Notes: generated by a model from the sequence alone, not told the origin. Shown: positions 47,516 to 57,498, counted from the stretch's first letter. The stretch is DNA of 64,000 bases from Patescibacteria group bacterium (GCA_028692765.1 JAQUWT010000003.1:3590-67589), one strand, 5' to 3'. Made by a program: numbers and translations.

Positions 47516-48994
47516 ATGAATATTTCTTTGAGTAAAAAAATTAGGATTTTTTGGCTGATATTATTGTTTTTTATTATTATTTTTTTAGCTTATCAATTTA
47601 TTTCTCCCGGGGGCGACTGGAACTGTGAGTATTCTTTTTCTTCTTTGCGCGGTTCCTCTTGCTTAGGGGAAGCTGCTCCGTCCGAAAGGGCGATTAAGAC
47701 TCAGGGCGGCCCCTTGTTGATCTTAGGGGAACCGGTTTACTTTTCTGTTTTCAGTCCTAGGCGCTTTAGCCATGTTACCGTTCAAATTACTTATCGACCC
47801 CATTTAAGTTCATCGACTCCGATTTTTGAAGCCGGATTTTTAGCGGATAAGAAGCTTTGGCGCTACCGCTTGCAGCCGGTTTATAATTTATGGCTGGAAC
47901 AAGGATTGTCTTCTTGGACCAAGCTTAGTTCAGGTGATTTAAGATTATTCCAGCGTGAAAATAAGTTTTCTTCAGTATCTGAGTTTATAAGCGCTTGGCA
48001 AAACCAAGGCTCATCTTTTTGCTCTCGGCCTCGTTGTTTGGCGGTCTATAATGTATCTTTAGAAGATGCACCCCCAGCTTTAGATTTACGCTCCTTGTCT
48101 CAAAGCTCTGAAGATACCATTTTCCCCTATCCGCTCCGGGGCGAGCATCAATTTTATATTTTCCTCGATAAGCAAGGTTTAAGCTTGTCCGGCAATCTGA
48201 TAGATTTAAATGAAAATAAAGATATTGATGACGCCGAAATTTTAATTTTTTCCGGGAAGAATCAAGTAGCCTCTTTATCTTTACCAGATGAACGTCCGCA
48301 AAAGGAGGAAAGCGGCGACCAGGTGTTGGCTCAGCCTATTAAGATAGTTAACTCTGATTTGCCGGCCGGTCTCTATCGCCTAGAATTTAGAGCGGGCGAT
48401 GATTTGATTTTGAGTGATTTATCCGTCAATTCTTCCTATTTATCGGTTATTAATAAAATCTGGCCATTTACTGAAAATGAGGTTTCCTTGGTAACCGATG
48501 CTCCTTATTTACAGGTTAAGGCTCTGAGTCCGGCGGCCTTGCAAACTTTGGATTTCGGCGGCCGTCGCTTAGAATTAACGGAGATTTATAAACAATATGA
48601 GCTTAAGGGCGCTCGCTGGGGCGGGGAGAATATCAGATTAAATACCGGTTCCTTAATTTTAGCCAATAATGGTATGTTTGCGGCCTCATCCTCCGCTTTA
48701 ATTAATCCTGATTATCCCCGCTTAGACCGTTTTTCTTCTCTGGACGGACAGCTAGATTTTGTTTTAGCTAATTATCGTCCGGCTACTATTAATGAAGATG
48801 CTTGGCTTTCCAGCACCTTAGAATTTGAGGCCTTCGATTTATATCGAGAGCGGGGGCGCTATAGTTTGATTCTATCAATTCCCGGCTTATTGGCAGAGGG
48901 AGGCGGAGGCGGTTCGGTGGAAATTAAGAGCATTAATGTTGAGTTTTCCGGAGCCAGTCTGATAGACAAAATTAAAGATTGGTTGCACTTATGA
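47516..48994 (+). CDS. Hypothetical N-terminally anchored extracytoplasmic protein
   Basis: 492-aa ORF with a single N-terminal TM helix (IFWLILLFFIIIFLAYQFI). No recognisable domain. It is the first gene of the glycosylation-type cluster. Confidence 0.6.
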   Translation: MNISLSKKIRIFWLILLFFIIIFLAYQFISPGGDWNCEYSFSSLRGSSCLGEAAPSERAIKTQGGPLLILGEPVYFSVFSPRRFSHVTVQITYRPHLSSSTPIFEAGFLADKKLWRYRLQPVYNLWLEQGLSSWTKLSSGDLRLFQRENKFSSVSEFISAWQNQGSSFCSRPRCLAVYNVSLEDAPPALDLRSLSQSSEDTIFPYPLRGEHQFYIFLDKQGLSLSGNLIDLNENKDIDDAEILIFSGKNQVASLSLPDERPQKEESGDQVLAQPIKIVNSDLPAGLYRLEFRAGDDLILSDLSVNSSYLSVINKIWPFTENEVSLVTDAPYLQVKALSPAALQTLDFGGRRLELTEIYKQYELKGARWGGENIRLNTGSLILANNGMFAASSSALINPDYPRLDRFSSLDGQLDFVLANYRPATINEDAWLSSTLEFEAFDLYRERGRYSLILSIPGLLAEGGGGGSVEIKSINVEFSGASLIDKIKDWLHL

Positions 48995-49197
48995 AAAAAT
49001 ATTTTGTTTCCAATAATTTATATAGATTATTAGCCAGAGAGAGTTTTTATTTTTTCAGCGCCTTGTTGGCTACCGGTGCGGTTATTGAAAGTCTGCTGCC
49101 CGGGTTTTTTCGTCTTTATTTTAGCATCCCGGTATTGTCCGGCTTTTGGCTTTTAAGCCTTATTGTTTCATTATTATGTATCAAGGAAAAAAAATAG
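48991..49197 (+). CDS. Small membrane protein (2 TM helices)
   Basis: The ATG at 48991 overlaps the upstream TGA (ATGA), and the 3' end overlaps the GT2 start by 22 nt. The sequence is hydrophobic. Confidence 0.45.
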   Translation: MKKYFVSNNLYRLLARESFYFFSALLATGAVIESLLPGFFRLYFSIPVLSGFWLLSLIVSLLCIKEKK

Positions 49198-49889
49198 TCG
49201 TGGTTTTGCCGGCTTATAACGCGGCCGCTACTTTAGAGCGGACGGTGGCTGATTTGCCCAGCATCGTTGATGAGATTATTTTGGTAGACGACGGCAGTGG
49301 CGATGATACGGTCAATTTAGCGAAGCGTCTCGGCTTGTTTGTTTTTGCGCACCAACGAAATTTAGGCTATGGTGCCAACCAGAAATCTTGTTACCGCTTA
49401 GCCTTGGAAAGAGGGGCGGATATTGTGGCGATGGTCCATCCTGATTATCAATATGACCCGCGCCTAGTCTCTTATTTTGCCTCTTTTATCGCCGATGATT
49501 ATTTTGATGTCATGCTTGGCTCCCGCGTCCGCAGTCGGCAGGAAACCTTGCGGGGCGGCATGCCTATTTACAAGTATTATGCCAATCGTTTTTTAACTTT
49601 TGTCGAGAATCTAACGACCGGCCAGAATCTGTCGGAATGGCACACGGGCATGCGCGCTTATTCTCGGGAAGTCTTAGCTAGCTTAGATTTTTCTAAAACC
49701 AGCGATGACTTTATTTTTGACACTCAAGTATTATTGCAGATTGTTAAAAGGCGTTGGCGTATTGGAGAAATCCCGGTTCCGGTTCGTTACTTTCCCGAAG
49801 CCTCCTCGATTAATTGGCGCCGCAGTCTGCGCTATGGGGTGGGCACTTTATTTTTAGCCATTTTTTATTTTTTCGGATATCGCCCCTAG
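49176..49889 (+). CDS. Family 2 glycosyltransferase (polyprenyl-phosphate sugar synthase-like, GtrB/Dpm1-like)
   Basis: VVVLPAYNAA, LVDDGSGDDT, HPDYQYDP and a C-terminal TM helix. I prefer the ATG at 49176. Confidence 0.8.
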   Translation: MYQGKKIVVVLPAYNAAATLERTVADLPSIVDEIILVDDGSGDDTVNLAKRLGLFVFAHQRNLGYGANQKSCYRLALERGADIVAMVHPDYQYDPRLVSYFASFIADDYFDVMLGSRVRSRQETLRGGMPIYKYYANRFLTFVENLTTGQNLSEWHTGMRAYSREVLASLDFSKTSDDFIFDTQVLLQIVKRRWRIGEIPVPVRYFPEASSINWRRSLRYGVGTLFLAIFYFFGYRP

Positions 49890-49892
49890 CTT

Positions 49893-51477
49893 ATGCGATT
49901 TTTTTTCTGGGAAAAAATTAAAGTTTCATATCATTGGCGTTCTTGGCATGCTTATTTATTTTTAATTTTAGCGGCCCTTATCGTTTACGGCCAGAGTTTG
50001 TTTTTTGATTATAGTTACTTCGACGATCAGCAACTGGTTTTAGAACATGCTGATATTCTGGAAAGAGCCAATCCGGTAGAAATATTTTTAAACGATGTTT
50101 TTTTTAGTTCCGCCAAATATTATTACCGTCCTTTAATGACCTTGTCATTAGCCTTTGATTGGCATTGGGGAGGAGGCACCGTCTTTGCTTTTCACTTCAG
50201 CAATCTTGTTTTTCATATTTTAGCCGTTTGTTTATTGTTTTATTTATTGCGCTTGATTGATATCAAGGAAAAAACCGCTTTATTTTTAGCTTTAGTATTT
50301 GCTATTCATCCGGCTTTATCTCAAGCGGTTGCCTGGATTCCCGGACGCAATGATGCTCTAGCGGCCATCTTTATCTTTGCGACCTTAATTTTTTGGTCGC
50401 GCTGGCTCCGTCGGGAGAAGCTTGCAGACTTGGTAGCCTTGTGGCTTTTTTCTAGTCGCTCTTTTAAGCAAAGAAACGGCCGTTTTGTTGCCGTTTTTTG
50501 CTTTGGCGTGGATGTTTATTTTTGAGCGGCCTTATTTTACTTGGTTCAAGCTGCTTTTAGCTTCAGCGGGGGCGCTGGTGTCAATGTTTCTCTGGGCGCT
50601 TTTGCGCCTGGCCGCTTTGGGAGGAGCTGGTTCAGGATTAGCCTGGCAGTCCTTAGGCCATAATCTTCTATCGCCTCTGATTTTTTTAGGAAAAGCTATA
50701 TTGCCGGTTAATTTATCAGTATACCCGGTGCCGGCGGATTCGCCTTGGGCATACGGCATTATCTCTTTATTGATATTGATGCTATTATTATTTTATTCCC
50801 GTCCCTGGCGTGTGAAGCGCTTGCTTTTCGGTTTTATTTGGTTTTGGCTATTTTTAGTTTTAGGCTCCATTCGGCCGGATAGCGATGTTTTCCGTAATTT
50901 TATGGAACATCGCTTATATGTGCCGATGTTTGGTCTGCTGATTATTTTGTCAGAAAGCGAAAATTTCTGGCAGAACTTGCCTTTGCGCCGCCGCCGTTAT
51001 TTCTTAACTGCTATTTTGGTGGTTTTAGCAATTCTTAATTTTGCGCACTCGCGCAGCTTTAGGAATCGCCTGTCTTTTTGGGAACAGGCTGTTGACAGCT
51101 CTCCTCATTCGGCTTTAGCCCAGCGCAATTTAGGCGCGATGTATTATTTGGACGAAAATTTAGACCAGGCGGAAACGCGCTTTCGCCAATCTTTATCATT
51201 GAATCCCGAGGAGCCGATGGCCCATAATAACTTAGCGGCGATTTATATTGATCGCGGCGATTGGTGGCGGGCGGAGATGGAATTAAAAAAAGAATTAGCT
51301 ATCAATCCTCAGTATGATTTGGCTTTGTATAATCTCGGCCGAGTCTATTATCAGCGTCGGCGCTATCAGGATGCAGCCGCTTTATGGAATGAAGCCTTGC
51401 GTTTAAACCCCCGCCTCGGCAATGCCGCCCAGTCTTTATCTGCTTTAGAAAAGGAATTAAATGAGGGAAAAGAATAA
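49893..51477 (+). pseudogene. GT-C-type membrane glycosyltransferase-like protein with C-terminal TPR repeats (TMTC/PMT-like), interrupted by a +1 frameshift
   Basis: ORF 49893-50525 and ORF 50485-51477 are consecutive parts of one protein. Reading frame 1 upstream of 50485 gives FFLVALLSKETAVLLPFF, which continues ...LADLVALWL from frame 0. The switch point is the T6 run at 50446-50451. Confidence 0.75.
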
Positions 51478-51495
51478 ATTATTATTTATCAGCTT

Positions 51496-53127
51496 ATGTT
51501 ATCTTTGCGTAAATTAATCGGCAGGCCAATTAACAGTATTACAGCTGCGGCTGCTTTGGTGGCTTTATTTTCGGTAGCCTCTCGTTTTTTAGGGGTGGTG
51601 CGTGATCATATCTTGGCCGGAAGTTTCGGCGCCGGAGCGGAATTAGATGTCTATTATGCGGCTTTCCGCGTTCCCGATTTTATTTATAGTTTGATTGTTC
51701 TAGGCGCTTTATCGGCCGGTTTTATCCCGGTATTTTCAGAGATGATTAAGCGTTCTGAAACTTGGCCGGGAGAAAAAGAGAAATTAGTCCGTCTGGCTAA
51801 TAATGTTTTTAATTCCTTATTGTTGCTGATTATTCTCTTATCTGTACTGGGTGTTATTTTTGCCGGTCCTTTAACAGCCTGGATTGCACCCGGCTTTAGC
51901 GAGGCGGCGAAAGCGCAGACCGCTCATTTGACCCGTATCATGTTTTTATCTCCTCTATTTTTAGGAATGTCCGGAGTGTTAGGGGGAATTCTGCAAAGTT
52001 ATAAGCGTTTTTTTGTTTATTCGTTATCACCAGTTTTTTATAATCTCGGCATTATTTTCGGCGCTTTGTTTTTGGTGGATTTCTGGGGCTTGGACGGGCT
52101 TGCTTGGGGCGTAGTGCTGGGAGCCGCCCTTCATTTTGCTGTACAGATGCCGACAGTTTGGTCGCTCGGTTTTCGTTATCGTTTTTTATTGGATATCCGT
52201 GACCGTGGCTTGCGCCAGATTGCCGGCATGATGGGGCCCAGAACTTTATCTCTGGCCGTTTCCCAAATAAATTTAGTGGCCATGACCGCTTTAGCTTCTT
52301 CGCTGGACAGCGGCTCTCTTGCAGTTTTTAATTTAGCTAATAATTTACAATCTTTTCCTCTGGGTGTTTTCGGTATTTCCTTCGCGGTCGCCGCTTTTCC
52401 TTTCTTGTCGGAGAACGCCTATAAGATAGAAGAGCTGAAAACTAGATTTTCAGCGACCATCAGACAGATATTATTTTTTATCATTCCCGCCTCGGTATTG
52501 CTCATTACCTTAAGAGCCCAGTTGATTCGCATTGTGTTCGGGAGCGGCGCTTTTAATTGGCAAGACACGATTTTAACCATGAATACTCTTGGTTTTTTCG
52601 CTCTTAGCTTGTTCGCGCAAGCCAGCTTGCCGCTTTTGGTCAGAGTATTTTACGCTCGCCGCGATTCGCTTACTCCTTTTTATTTAGGATTGTTTTCCGT
52701 ATTTTTAAATATTGTCTGCGCTTGGTATTTGCGCCCGTATTTTGGAGTGGCGGGGCTGGCGCTCGCTTTTTCTATCGCCAGTATCGTCAATTTTTTAAGC
52801 TTGTGGATTGTCTTATATTTCCGCGTCGGCTCTTTGGATTTGGATAAGATTTTGGTTTCGGTTTTAAAATTCTCCGCCGCCGCTATCGGCGCCGGTTCGG
52901 TGGTACAGATTTTAAAAATTGCTGTCTGGCCATTTATCAATATGACCACATTTGCCGGCGTCTTTATCCAGTTGTCAGTTGCTGCCCTTGGCGGCGTTAT
53001 CGCCTATATTTGGCTGTGCCGTCTTTTTCGCAGTGAAGAATTATTATCGGCTATCGCTATTTTTAAGCGGCGTTTGCCGGTAAAAAAGGTAAAATTAGCC
53101 GATCAAGGAGAAGCGCGCGGCCTTTGA
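51496..53127 (+). CDS. murJ: Lipid II flippase MurJ
   Basis: 14-TM MVIN/MurJ pattern, with N-terminal SRFLGVVRDHILAGSFGAG and YYAFRVPDF. Confidence 0.9.
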   Translation: MLSLRKLIGRPINSITAAAALVALFSVASRFLGVVRDHILAGSFGAGAELDVYYAAFRVPDFIYSLIVLGALSAGFIPVFSEMIKRSETWPGEKEKLVRLANNVFNSLLLLIILLSVLGVIFAGPLTAWIAPGFSEAAKAQTAHLTRIMFLSPLFLGMSGVLGGILQSYKRFFVYSLSPVFYNLGIIFGALFLVDFWGLDGLAWGVVLGAALHFAVQMPTVWSLGFRYRFLLDIRDRGLRQIAGMMGPRTLSLAVSQINLVAMTALASSLDSGSLAVFNLANNLQSFPLGVFGISFAVAAFPFLSENAYKIEELKTRFSATIRQILFFIIPASVLLITLRAQLIRIVFGSGAFNWQDTILTMNTLGFFALSLFAQASLPLLVRVFYARRDSLTPFYLGLFSVFLNIVCAWYLRPYFGVAGLALAFSIASIVNFLSLWIVLYFRVGSLDLDKILVSVLKFSAAAIGAGSVVQILKIAVWPFINMTTFAGVFIQLSVAALGGVIAYIWLCRLFRSEELLSAIAIFKRRLPVKKVKLADQGEARGL

Positions 53128-53228
53128 TTTTACTCTTGCCCGATTTTTTTATTAATGATAAGGTAGTTTTACAAAAATCCAATTTTTAGGATATTTTTAT
53201 TTAATATTAGTCTTTATAATTTACAGAC

Positions 53229-55028
53229 ATGAATGATAATCTGCACAAAATACGTAATTTTGCCATTCTCGCCCATATTGACCATGGTAAATCAACCCTA
53301 GCCGACAGGATGCTGGAGATAACCAATACGGTTGATAAGCGGAAGATGAAAAATCAGATTTTAGACGGTATGGATATCGAACGGGAGCGGGGAATTACCA
53401 TTAAGCTCCAGCCGGTGACCATGACCTATCAAGGGTACCAGTTGAATCTAATCGATACTCCTGGGCATGTCGATTTTTCTTATGAAGTTTCCCGTTCTTT
53501 GGCGGCGGTAGAAACGGCCATCCTGTTGGTTGACGCCACTCAGGGCATTCAGGCGCAAACCTTAGCTAATCTTTATTTAGCTTTAGAGCAAGATTTAACC
53601 ATTATTCCGGTAGTTAATAAGATTGATTTACCGGCTGCCAATGTTTCAAAAACAAAAGCGGAAATAAGCCGCTTGCTTGGTTGTGCGGAAATGGAGATTT
53701 TGAGCGCTTCTGGCAAGACGGGAGAAGGGGTTGAAGAAATTTTGCACGCCGTGATTGCTCAAGGATTGTCGCCGCGGGCCTCTTCCGGTTCTGCCGGCAG
53801 GGCTTTGATTTTTGATTCCAAATATGATGAATATAAGGGTGTGGTCGCTTTTATCAGGGTATTTGACGGCGAAATTAAGAATGGCGACCCCATCGCCTTA
53901 TCCGCCACTAAAGCCAAGAGTGAGGCTTTAGATGTCGGCATTTTTAAGCCTGAATATTTTTCTACCGGCAGTTTGCAGGCCGGCAGCATCGGTTATATTG
54001 TGACCGGTTTCAAGCAAGTTGGCGATTGCCGAGTCGGCGATACTTTAGCTTCCGGGCTGGAAGGGGCGAGCGCCTTAGCCGGCTATAAAGAAGTGAAACC
54101 GATGGTTTTTGCCGGCGTTTTTCCGCGTGAAGGGAACGATTTGGAGGATTTACGCGAAGCGATGGAGAAGCTGAAATTGAACGACGCCGCCTTATCTTAT
54201 GAGCCGGAAAGATCAGACGCTCTCGGCTTCGGTTTTAGGTGCGGCTTTTTGGGATTGTTGCATTTGGAAATTTTTCAGGAACGTTTGCGCCGGGAGTATA
54301 ATCTTGACTTGATTGTAACTGTCCCTAGCGTCGCTTATCGGGTGTTGAAGAAAAGCGGGGAAGACCTGATTGTGCGCACCCCCCAGCGTCTGCCGGAGCC
54401 GAGCGAAATAGAGTCGGTGGAAGAACCCTGGGTGAAATTGGATATCATTACGCCTCAGGTATATATCGGCAATATTATGAGCTTGTCGCAGGATAAGCGG
54501 GGAATATATAAAAATACTGAATATATTTCTGCCGGCAGCGATGAAGCTAGGGCGATATTACACTATGATATGCCTTTGTCCGCGATTTTGACGGATTTCT
54601 ATGATAAGATAAAGAGCGTGTCTGCCGGCTACGCTTCAATTAATTATGATTATTTGGATTATCGTCCGGCCGATGTGGTAAAATTAGACATTATGGTCGC
54701 AGAAGAGCCGGTTGAATCTCTTGCCAGTATTGTCTATCGGGATGAAGCCTATCGTCAGGGCAAGGAAATAGTAGAAATTCTTAAAAATACTTTGCCGCGG
54801 CAGATGTTTGTTTTGAAAATACAGGCGGCAGTGGGAGGAAAAGTGGTGGCCGCTGAGCGATTATCGGCGATGCGAAAAGATGTAACCGCTAAATTATATG
54901 GCGGCGACGTTACGCGCAAGCGTAAATTATTGGAAAAACAGAAGAAGGGAAAGAAAAAAATGATGGCCGCTGGTAAGGGTAGTGTTGATATTCCTTCCGA
55001 TACTTTTGTGAAGATTTTAAAAAGATAA
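53229..55028 (+). CDS. lepA: Elongation factor 4 (LepA)
   Basis: IRNFAILAHIDHGKSTLADR, DTPGHVDF, NKIDL, and the LepA-specific C-terminal domain ending in KGSVDIPSDTF. Confidence 0.97.
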   Translation: MNDNLHKIRNFAILAHIDHGKSTLADRMLEITNTVDKRKMKNQILDGMDIERERGITIKLQPVTMTYQGYQLNLIDTPGHVDFSYEVSRSLAAVETAILLVDATQGIQAQTLANLYLALEQDLTIIPVVNKIDLPAANVSKTKAEISRLLGCAEMEILSASGKTGEGVEEILHAVIAQGLSPRASSGSAGRALIFDSKYDEYKGVVAFIRVFDGEIKNGDPIALSATKAKSEALDVGIFKPEYFSTGSLQAGSIGYIVTGFKQVGDCRVGDTLASGLEGASALAGYKEVKPMVFAGVFPREGNDLEDLREAMEKLKLNDAALSYEPERSDALGFGFRCGFLGLLHLEIFQERLRREYNLDLIVTVPSVAYRVLKKSGEDLIVRTPQRLPEPSEIESVEEPWVKLDIITPQVYIGNIMSLSQDKRGIYKNTEYISAGSDEARAILHYDMPLSAILTDFYDKIKSVSAGYASINYDYLDYRPADVVKLDIMVAEEPVESLASIVYRDEAYRQGKEIVEILKNTLPRQMFVLKIQAAVGGKVVAAERLSAMRKDVTAKLYGGDVTRKRKLLEKQKKGKKKMMAAGKGSVDIPSDTFVKILKR

Positions 55029-55096
55029 ATATAATATTCAAGATTTTATTAATTAATCTTTATATGTTTAATCTTGAATAATAAATTAATATTTTT

Positions 55097-55195
55097 ATGA
55101 AAAGGAAGAAAGCGGTAAAAATTGCCTGGACCATCATGTCTATAATAATTATGGTGTCGATGTTGGTATGGACATTTGGGGCGATGTTTTTTTAG
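55097..55195 (+). CDS. Possible 32-aa single-TM micro-protein (MKRKKAVKIAWTIMSIIIMVSMLVWTFGAMFF)
   Basis: It is below the ORF-track cutoff. It has a basic N-terminus plus one hydrophobic helix. Its stop TAG overlaps the AGGA SD of recJ. It has no SD of its own. Confidence 0.25.
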   Translation: MKRKKAVKIAWTIMSIIIMVSMLVWTFGAMFF

Positions 55196-55201
55196 GATTA
55201 T

Positions 55202-57019
55202 ATGCAGAAGCAATGGCAGCTAGCCTCAGCTGCAACTCCAGAATTTTTTAGCTCTTTGCCGGAAATCGAGCCGGTGCTGGCCCAGATATTATGGAATCGA
55301 GGCTTGCGCAGCGCGACGGCTGCTCGGGCTTTTTTAAGCGATGGCCTGGAGCCGGAACTTTCTCTTGATTTAACCGGAGAAGGCGATTTTGTCTTTTATA
55401 ATCCTTTTCTATTCCGCGATATGCAAGAGGCGGCGGATATTGTTATTAAGCATATCAAGCAGAAAAATAAAATAGTGGTTTACGGAGATTATGACGCCGA
55501 CGGCGTCACTTCATCCGCCGTTTTAGCGGAAGCCCTTAAAACCCTGCAAGCTTCGGTGGAAGTTTATCTTCCGGACCGCGTCAGTGAGGGCTATGGCTTA
55601 AATAAGCCGGCTTTAGACCAGATAAAAGAGCAGGGGGCCAGCTTGGTGATTACGGTTGATAATGGCATCCGCAATAAGGATGAAGTCGAGTATGCTCATA
55701 GCCTAGGATTGGAAGTGATTATTACCGATCACCATGTCTTGCCGGAAAGCCGTAATGATTTACCCGCTTGTCCGGTAATTGATCCGGCCGATGCCGAGGA
55801 TAAATATCCCTGGCCTTTCTTAGCCGGCGTCGGCGTAGCCTTTAAACTTGTCTGTGCTTTATTATATCAGTCAACTTTGCCGGCTAAACAGAAATTTTTA
55901 ATCGCTGAAAGGTCATTAGATTTGGTGGCCGTCGGTACAATCGCCGATATGGTCAGCCTGCTTGGTGAAAATCGATTTTTAGTTAAAAGAGGCCTATCGA
56001 TATTAAATCAGAATCGTCGCCTGGGTCTCAAGGCTCTGTTCCAAACCGCTAAAATTGCTTTAGGCCGCCCTTTAGAAGCTTGGAATGTCGGCTGGCAGCT
56101 CGGTCCGCGCTTGAATGCAGCTAGCCGTCTCGGTCATGCTAATAGTGCCTTTGCGTTAATCAGCGCCGAGGATGAGACTGAAGCTGTTAATTTGGCTCAA
56201 GAATTAAACCAGCGCAATCTCAATCGCCAGCAGATTACCGAAGAAATTATCAGGCAGGTAGAGATGCAAATTGATAAAGATAATCTGCCCCCTATCATTA
56301 TCGGCGTCGCTGGCGAAGGTCAGCATTGGAACGAAGGCGTCGTAGGCTTAGTGGCCGGTAAGATTTGTGAAAAGTACCATCGTCCCACTTTGGTGGTGGC
56401 CAGGATAATTGAGGAGGAGGCGATAAATCAAGCGGAAGTCGGCTTACAAGCCGCTAAACTTTCTTTTAAGGGGTCGGGGCGTTCGATTGAGGGCTTTAAT
56501 TTAATCGCCGCGATTGAGGAATGTTCGGAATTTTTGGATAAATATGGAGGCCATCCGATGGCTTGCGGCTTTTCGATAGATGGCGAGGAAAAGCTTAATG
56601 ATTTTAAGGATAAACTCTGTAAGATTGCCGCAGAAAATTTGACCCCTGAAATTTTAGCGCCAAAATTATCTCTAGATGCTGTTTTAGTTTCTCGGGAAAT
56701 TAGCCTTGGCCTAGCTGATAGCTTGGCTAGATTGGCTCCTTTCGGGCAGAATAATCCCCAACCTAAGTTTAGCAGTGCTAACCTGCGCGTTGATGATATT
56801 GTTTGGATGGGCAAGGAGCGTCAGCATATAAAATTACGTTTATCAGCCGTTGATGGCCATGATGTTTTTTCAGCTTGGGCAATTGCCTTTAACGCCGCTG
56901 ACAACTTCAATGATTTGGTAATTGGCGATATCATCGATTTAGCTTACTATTTAGACATTAATGAATTCAATGGACGGCGGGAAGCGCAGTTAAAGATTAT
57001 TGATTGGCATAAAATATAA
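55202..57019 (+). CDS. recJ: Single-stranded-DNA-specific exonuclease RecJ
   Basis: DHH motifs (VYGDYDADGVTS, TVDNG, ITDHH) and DHHA1 (GGHPMACGF), followed by a C-terminal OB-like region. Confidence 0.93.
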   Translation: MQKQWQLASAATPEFFSSLPEIEPVLAQILWNRGLRSATAARAFLSDGLEPELSLDLTGEGDFVFYNPFLFRDMQEAADIVIKHIKQKNKIVVYGDYDADGVTSSAVLAEALKTLQASVEVYLPDRVSEGYGLNKPALDQIKEQGASLVITVDNGIRNKDEVEYAHSLGLEVIITDHHVLPESRNDLPACPVIDPADAEDKYPWPFLAGVGVAFKLVCALLYQSTLPAKQKFLIAERSLDLVAVGTIADMVSLLGENRFLVKRGLSILNQNRRLGLKALFQTAKIALGRPLEAWNVGWQLGPRLNAASRLGHANSAFALISAEDETEAVNLAQELNQRNLNRQQITEEIIRQVEMQIDKDNLPPIIIGVAGEGQHWNEGVVGLVAGKICEKYHRPTLVVARIIEEEAINQAEVGLQAAKLSFKGSGRSIEGFNLIAAIEECSEFLDKYGGHPMACGFSIDGEEKLNDFKDKLCKIAAENLTPEILAPKLSLDAVLVSREISLGLADSLARLAPFGQNNPQPKFSSANLRVDDIVWMGKERQHIKLRLSAVDGHDVFSAWAIAFNAADNFNDLVIGDIIDLAYYLDINEFNGRREAQLKIIDWHKI

Positions 57020-57066
57020 TTAAGGCCGGCAAATAAATATTTTTTAATTAGTGAAGCAATAATATT

Positions 57067-57468
57067 ATGAAGATAATAATCCATTCCGACGGAGGCGCTC
57101 GCGGCAATCCCGGGCCAGCCGGCATCGGGGCGCAGCTGACCAATGAAAAGGGAGTGGTCATCGCCGAAATTTCTGAATTTATCGGCCATACTACTAACAA
57201 TCAGGCGGAATATCAAGCGCTTCTGGCAGGCTTAGAAAAGGCTAAAAATTTAGGGGCGGAAGAAGTTGTTTGCCGTCTGGATAGCGAATTAGTGGTTAAG
57301 CAACTTAACCATGAATATAAAGTAAAAAATAAGGATTTAGCCCCGCTATTTCTAAAAGCCCATAATTTGATTACCGGTTTTAAAAAGATTTCTTTTCAAC
57401 ATGTGCCGCGGGAGATGAATAAAGAGGCGGATAGGCTGGCTAATGAGGCGATGGATAAGGGTCGATAG
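57067..57468 (+). CDS. rnhA: Ribonuclease HI family protein
   Basis: SDGGARGNPGPAG, NNQAEYQALL, and NKEADRLAN, which together carry the catalytic D-E-D-D. Confidence 0.88.
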   Translation: MKIIIHSDGGARGNPGPAGIGAQLTNEKGVVIAEISEFIGHTTNNQAEYQALLAGLEKAKNLGAEEVVCRLDSELVVKQLNHEYKVKNKDLAPLFLKAHNLITGFKKISFQHVPREMNKEADRLANEAMDKGR

Positions 57469-57498
57469 TTTAATAAATTTTGTATTTTGTCTATGACT

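Noticed and set aside
50485-51477. TTG-initiated 330-aa ORF treated as an independent TPR gene.
   Set aside because: Its frame stays open and meaningful (FFLVALLSKETAV) upstream of the TTG, back to the T6 run. It is better explained as the 3' part of a frameshifted gene.
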